From NCBI GenBank assembly GCA_016840465.1, contig JAEOSH010000015.1, positions 1 through 32,000 of the forward strand: a stretch of 32,000 nucleotides of DNA. Reading direction: 5' to 3'. Source of the DNA: Candidatus Baldrarchaeum yapensis (GTDB lineage: Archaea > Asgardarchaeota > Baldrarchaeia > Baldrarchaeales > Baldrarchaeaceae). Each line of letters starts with the position of its first letter. The stretch's first letter is position 1. Of the stretch, positions 27,360 to 32,000 are shown piece after piece. A program made the position numbers and the translations under genes. The notes beneath the pieces were generated by a model, which saw only the letters and a program-made list of their open reading frames with translations, did not search any database and had not been told where the DNA came from.

Positions 27360-28136
27360 ATGGGTGAGAGGAAGTATACAACTCTTGAGTTGATGGCGTG
27401 TGTTGCTGCAAGATTATTAGAGGACAAGAAGGCAGTATTTGTAGGGACAGGACTTCCAATGATTGCAGCGTCCCTTGCACAGAGAATGCATGCACCAAAT
27501 CTTCTGATAATTTTTGAGGCTGGCGGCATAGGGCCGCAGATACCAGTACTGCCAATATCCGTTGGTGATTCTAGAACGTTCTACAGGGCAATTGCAGCGT
27601 CAAGTATGCATGATGTGATGTCACTCTCACAAAAAGGGTATGTCGACTACGGGTTCCTCGGTGCTGCCCAGATAGACATGTACGGGAATATAAACACCAC
27701 CGTGATCGGAGATTGGGAAAGACCCAAAGTCAGGCTTCCAGGTAGTGGTGGTGCAAACGATGTCGGGTCCCTCTGCCATAGGACTATCATAATAATGAGG
27801 CAAGATCCCAGAAGGTTCGTGCCCAAGGTGGACTTCATAACCACCCCTGGGTACTTAGATGGACCAGGTGCTAGGGAAAAAGCAGGACTTCCGGCAGGGT
27901 CAGGACCTTACAGGGTAATAACACAGTTGGGCGTTTACGGCTTCGATGAGAAAACAAAGAGAATGAAATTGCTGTCGGTGCATCCGGGTGTTACGATAGA
28001 GGACATTAAGAAAAACTCAAGCTTCGAAATTATAATTCCGGACGAGGTCGATACCACAGAGCCACCGACTGAAGAGGAGCTTAAGATACTACATGAAATT
28101 GATCCAGTGGGCATGGTTCTCGGAAGAAAGAAATGA
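27360..28136 (+). CDS. Family I CoA-transferase subunit B (glutaconate CoA-transferase beta-like)
   Basis: FVGTGLP, IFEAG (catalytic Glu), GFLGAAQIDMYGNINTT, RLPGSGGAND, VDFITTPG and LLSVHPGVT. Confidence 0.92.
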   Translation: MGERKYTTLELMACVAARLLEDKKAVFVGTGLPMIAASLAQRMHAPNLLIIFEAGGIGPQIPVLPISVGDSRTFYRAIAASSMHDVMSLSQKGYVDYGFLGAAQIDMYGNINTTVIGDWERPKVRLPGSGGANDVGSLCHRTIIIMRQDPRRFVPKVDFITTPGYLDGPGAREKAGLPAGSGPYRVITQLGVYGFDEKTKRMKLLSVHPGVTIEDIKKNSSFEIIIPDEVDTTEPPTEEELKILHEIDPVGMVLGRKK

Positions 28137-28181
28137 ATCACGAAATTCCTCATCACTCTTTTTGCCTGGAATCGAAATCGC

Positions 28182-28342
28182 TTAATATTTTTTTATTTTT
28201 AAGTCTGGCACTCTGAAGAAGTGCCGAATATTTCGGGTAACGAGGCGGAGATCGTGCACGAGTGCTGTTGCCGCGATGAAGAGGATGTCCTTCAGATCTA
28301 TATGCTATATGCTATTAGGAAATCGGTATCGAAGAGGTACAT
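28182..28342 (-). pseudogene. vapC: Internally deleted VapC (PIN) toxin
   Basis: MYLFDTDFLIAY (PIN start) is joined out of frame to IDLKDILFIAATALVHDLRLVTRNIRHFFRVPDLKIKKY* (PIN end). The middle of the domain is missing. Confidence 0.82.
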
Positions 28343-28418
28343 TAATCAGTCATCCATTTCTCGAGAATCTCCGATTTTCACCTTTTATAAAGCTTTGTTC
28401 TCATCTCTCTCGTCCTTT

Positions 28419-28598
28419 TTAGAAATTTCTCAATTTTTCTGCTTCTTCACGACTTAGAATATTCATCTTGGCAATATCCGCGATCTTCGGACGTGATTTT
28501 ATCAACCTTCTTATTACATCACTAAAGCTCTCGCTCGGTAGTTTTGGTCTTCTTAGCATGTTATAGACATCATCGGCAATTGTAATAGCGCATGCCAT
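28419..28598 (-). CDS. vapB: Archaeal VapB-family antitoxin (DUF217-like)
   Basis: AITIADDVYNMLRRPKLPSESFSDVIRRLIK matches the TITIS.EVY..L...K...ESFSDVIRRL pattern. It may be truncated by a lost A near 28435. Confidence 0.75.
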   Translation of the reverse strand: MACAITIADDVYNMLRRPKLPSESFSDVIRRLIKSRPKIADIAKMNILSREEAEKLRNF

Positions 28599-28701
28599 CT
28601 CTGACTTCCTCCGATTGGAACATTTCTGGCCTTTCATGTTATCATATTATGCATCTTCACGTTACTCTTGAGAAGTGATGAGTGGTGCAATTTTATTTTT
28701 G

Positions 28702-30252
28702 CTACTTGTACGGGGCAATCGAGCGGTTTGATGGACATAATGGACGGACTTCTACGTCCCCCCGGATCTTCTTGAACTGCTTTATGAACTCCTTGGAGTG
28801 TTGCGGTGTTATGAACAGATATATCTTCTGGAAAGATCTTATGATTCTGTGCACATCCTTATTTCGTGAGAATACCTCCATATCGTGGATCTTCCCGTCG
28901 CTTATCACGACAAGAATCTCCTTCTTCACTTCCTTATCCACAAGCCTAAATGCGGGGGTAAACATCGTTCCGCCATGGGTATATATGCCCTGTATTCTCT
29001 CCAGCGCGTAATAAAGGTTCTGCGTCGGTTTCACTATGTACCGGGAGTACTCTCCGAACCCTATTATGCTTATCTCACTGGGCTTTTCGTTCTTTATGAG
29101 GGAGGCAAGCATCCTGACAAGGTGGTATTCGTAGCCCGCCATACTTCCTGAAAGATCCAGCAGGACGGTTATCTTCCTCTTTCTCTTCTTTCTGCGGACG
29201 GTGTTGTATCCGGGAATCACCGGGTAGCGGGTGAAGGTCTTGGGGAGATCCAACTCAGATGGCGGGTCGCCACATCTCCAGATGGTGTACTCGTAATCGG
29301 GCACGTCCCTCGACTCGTCGAGTTCCACGGTTGCGAGGATCTTCTCTATCTTGTATCTCGGTTGGAGAGGTTCTTCCTTGTCGATCACCTTCAGTGTTCC
29401 CATTCCCACGCCTCCGCCCCTCTGGAGCAACGCCTTCAGTTTCTCCTTCTCATTACCGAGCATTCCCCGTTTCTTCAACTCCTCTAGGATCTTTCTGACG
29501 ATGTACGGTGCGGGGGTGAGACGGGATCTCAGGTTCTGCTCGAACTCCTTCCTCAACTTGTTGAAGAAGTCCTCGCCCAGTTCCTGCAGTGCCTGTTTCA
29601 GGTCGCTGAAGTTTCGGGAAAACATGTTGTAGAATCGCCAGTGCGTGTTGTACCAGAAGAGCCTGTAGAGTTCGGGGAGGTTTCCGAACATCATGAAGAG
29701 TTCGTCGAGTATGTAGGCGAGAAGTGCGGCCTTTATTTTCACGTTAACGTCCGCATTCAGCACTTCCTTTATTGCATTGTAGTAGGGGACAAACTTGTCG
29801 GGTATTCGGAACTTCTCGCCGTACAGGGAGTTATAGGTGATCTCATCGACGAGTTTCATGTAGTAGTTTCGCGAGCGCACTATGCACTCCTCGAAGCACT
29901 TCACGTAGTGTTCAAAGATTCTGGGGGACTTTTCGCCCAGTATTTTCCTGCTCATGCTCTCGGCGAGCATCCCGTAGACTATATACCTCACCATGTAGTT
30001 CTTCTTCGAGAGTATTGGAAAGGCGGGCGTGAGATTCTTCTGGGCAATGAGATGCAGTATTCTGTTCCAGAACTCGTAAAACAGTGCGAACTTCGGAAGA
30101 CGTTTTACAACAGCCCGCGTCATGTGTATTACGAGTGGGTTATCGCTCTTGTCTTCACTTTTCTCCGTAATAATTAGCCTGAATGGCTTTTTGTAGAGTT
30201 TCCTTGCGAGCATGGTCATGAAGTCCAGGTAGCTTTCATTACTTAGTTCCAA
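28702..30252 (-). CDS. vWA-domain protein (MoxR partner) with long helical N-terminal region
   Basis: C-terminal MIDAS DLSGS, HGGT and ISDG are intact. It overlaps the MoxR stop by 14 nt. Confidence 0.85.
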   Translation of the reverse strand: MELSNESYLDFMTMLARKLYKKPFRLIITEKSEDKSDNPLVIHMTRAVVKRLPKFALFYEFWNRILHLIAQKNLTPAFPILSKKNYMVRYIVYGMLAESMSRKILGEKSPRIFEHYVKCFEECIVRSRNYYMKLVDEITYNSLYGEKFRIPDKFVPYYNAIKEVLNADVNVKIKAALLAYILDELFMMFGNLPELYRLFWYNTHWRFYNMFSRNFSDLKQALQELGEDFFNKLRKEFEQNLRSRLTPAPYIVRKILEELKKRGMLGNEKEKLKALLQRGGGVGMGTLKVIDKEEPLQPRYKIEKILATVELDESRDVPDYEYTIWRCGDPPSELDLPKTFTRYPVIPGYNTVRRKKRKRKITVLLDLSGSMAGYEYHLVRMLASLIKNEKPSEISIIGFGEYSRYIVKPTQNLYYALERIQGIYTHGGTMFTPAFRLVDKEVKKEILVVISDGKIHDMEVFSRNKDVHRIIRSFQKIYLFITPQHSKEFIKQFKKIRGDVEVRPLCPSNRSIAPYK

Positions 30253-31450
30253 TGGCCAGCCCCTCTAAAAACTCCTTTGAGAAGATCTTCTCCAACTCGG
30301 CGAGGATGTCATTATATATGTGTCTCACACTTAAATCTCTGTCTGCAATTTCGGCGAGTGCCTCTACGAGGGGTACGACCTCGGCTCCCTCGACGCCCTC
30401 CTCTATTTTCGCCATTATCTTCTCGACTATCGCAATGGCCTCGCGCCAGTCGTCCATGTGCTTCACAATATAGTCCCTGACGAGTTTGTAGTCCCTGACG
30501 TGCTGAGTCAGCAGAACCTCCGCCGCCTTTCTTACATCCTCCTCGGAAACCTCCTTGCGCGAATACATCCAAGCCAACGCCTTTGAGAGTCTGGCTATGT
30601 TTATCGCGAGCCTTAGGCCGACAGGCTCATCAACACGGGAACATAGACCCTCCTCATATTTACAGACCTTTCTGCGCCCGCCGTAGAAGTCGCTAGATAT
30701 GGTGCTACATATTCTCTCGTCATAGCAACATTGTAATGAGCGGCTCACGAGCGTGATGAGCAACTTGCAATGTTCGGGGATTGTGACCTTTGTTACGTCC
30801 TCCTGTGCCTCTTTTAATTCCTCATAACTTATGATTTCCTCCGTTATGAGTTCGGACACATCCACTATGTCCTTACCATCAAATCTCTCCTTTAAAACTT
30901 CGAGTTCATCAAATGCCCGTGGAACATCGAGAGTGAGTTTAATAAACCTATCAGCGAGGGCCTTATCGAGAGGGCCGCGATAGGGGTTGCCATCCGCTAT
31001 CACTATTATATCCTTACAGACTTTCTTCTCGCCGTACGCTATTATTTCCCTCTCCTGGAGCAACCTGAGAAGTTCGTCCTGTACCGCTTGGCTTGCTCGG
31101 TTCAATTCGTTAAAGAATATGAGTTCGTTTCCCTTTATTTCCCAAATTACCTCTTTACGCCCCTGCTTTATCAATTCGGGTATGTTGAGGCGGTACAGGT
31201 GGTTTTCTAGGCTGACCATCGAGGGATTGCAGAATATTATCTTCTTCTCGACACCAAGCGCCTTTTCGAGACACCTGACGATCTGGGTTTTTCCTATTCC
31301 CGGAATCCCCTCTAGGTATATGTTTGCCTTTATCAGGAGGCAGGCGACAAAAGCGTCCTCTATGTGGTATTGTCCCTTCACCATGTTGAAGAGAATGTCC
31401 CGAAGCTTCAGGATTTTGTCCTGATGTACGAATTTTGGACCGTCATACAT
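30239..31450 (-). CDS. MoxR-family AAA+ ATPase
   Basis: Walker A GIPGIGKT, Walker B-like FFNELNR, LLQER, GNP and ADRF. AGGTGG RBS precedes the ATG at 31450. Confidence 0.88.
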   Translation of the reverse strand: MYDGPKFVHQDKILKLRDILFNMVKGQYHIEDAFVACLLIKANIYLEGIPGIGKTQIVRCLEKALGVEKKIIFCNPSMVSLENHLYRLNIPELIKQGRKEVIWEIKGNELIFFNELNRASQAVQDELLRLLQEREIIAYGEKKVCKDIIVIADGNPYRGPLDKALADRFIKLTLDVPRAFDELEVLKERFDGKDIVDVSELITEEIISYEELKEAQEDVTKVTIPEHCKLLITLVSRSLQCCYDERICSTISSDFYGGRRKVCKYEEGLCSRVDEPVGLRLAINIARLSKALAWMYSRKEVSEEDVRKAAEVLLTQHVRDYKLVRDYIVKHMDDWREAIAIVEKIMAKIEEGVEGAEVVPLVEALAEIADRDLSVRHIYNDILAELEKIFSKEFLEGLAIGTK

Positions 31451-31881
31451 GAGATGAAACCCCACCTGATCGTAAAAATTAGGTGATATTGTAGTATATA
31501 AAAATAAGCATCGCACCAATTACTGCTCACGGAAAATTCTGGGATGAGCAGTGTATACACGTATTGGCGAATTTGCATTTTAGGAGATGTCTTCCTTCAT
31601 TTTCCAGCGGTGGTAGAATGTCCGTATTTGTATGTTGTGCTCGGAAGTACCAATAACAGCCTCATCTGAGGAAATGAAAACCTTTTACTCCGACATGCGA
31701 GTTTTACATTCTTTTGTTCCGTAAAATGCGATGATAGATTTTCTAGTGGTTTCTTTGTATTAGTGCGTTCCCGGTGAGTTTATCCGGCGCATTTTGCAGG
31801 TTTATCAATACTTTGTAAGAGGTGGAGATTACTTTCTCTGAGGAGGCCTTGTTGAGAAATATGCTCGTTTCCCCTTTTGGA

Positions 31882-32000
31882 CCGTTCTGACTCTCCGCCA
31901 CTTTCATAACTTTTGATACACGCGTGGCGGGGAGCCTTCCCGCCTCGGGCCTCATCGATGAGCCTTCGCGGGGAACGGTGACCCCGCACATCCATCTGAC
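31882..32000 (-). mobile_element. Right end of an IS607/TnpB-family element (tnpB 3' tail/omegaRNA-like), running off the window
   Basis: Aligns to 24294-24413 with 12 substitutions and 1 indel (hand alignment) and ends in CAGAAC-GG. It translates as MCGVTVPREGSSMRPEAG, which I recall as resembling the C-terminal tail of archaeal TnpB proteins. Confidence 0.65.

Noticed and set aside
31743-31991. 82-aa minus-strand ORF as an independent small protein
   Set aside because: Its first half is the repeated element tail and the rest is read-through into unrelated flank.

Overview
Archaeal (most likely TACK-lineage, thermophile-like) genomic or metagenomic DNA. The taxonomy is inferred from gene content (AbrB/PIN toxin-antitoxin pairs, DUF35 Zn-ribbon/OB-fold, V4R, ADP-forming acyl-CoA synthetase alpha subunit, TATA-like promoters, GGAGG/GGTGA ribosome-binding sites). 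Bases 1-26 are a Nextera adapter remnant. From left to right: a vapBC pair, a ROK sugar kinase, an Ord-like amine dehydrogenase plus HemL-like class III aminotransferase operon, a P2A (Ca2+) P-type ATPase, and a his operon (hisG-D-C-[HAD]-B-H-A-F-I, no hisE). Next come an AbiE-type type IV TA pair whose toxin carries an extra C-terminal winged helix, a Zn-ribbon/TM2 protein, a methyltransferase and a stand-alone ArcS-motif (DUF5591-like) protein. From about 19.1 to 28.1 kb lies an acyl-CoA/lipid metabolism cluster that is partly decayed. It holds a frameshifted Fe-S oxidoreductase, an ACD alpha subunit, two DUF35 pseudogenes, a V4R protein, SCP2 and BKACE/kce relics, a nitronate monooxygenase/FabK-like flavoprotein and a two-subunit CoA-transferase. 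The window ends with vapB plus an internally deleted vapC and a vWA-MoxR operon. The most interesting signal is absent from the ORF track: a ~220-bp element (24191-24413) inserted into the kce relic. It has GG junctions, its own TATA box and a ~120-nt structured 3' part. That part recurs on the minus strand at the window end (31882-32000), and a 15-bp copy of its left end sits at 22491. I interpret it as an IS607/TnpB-derived, nuclease-less element that retains an omegaRNA-like scaffold. No tRNA, rRNA or CRISPR array was found.
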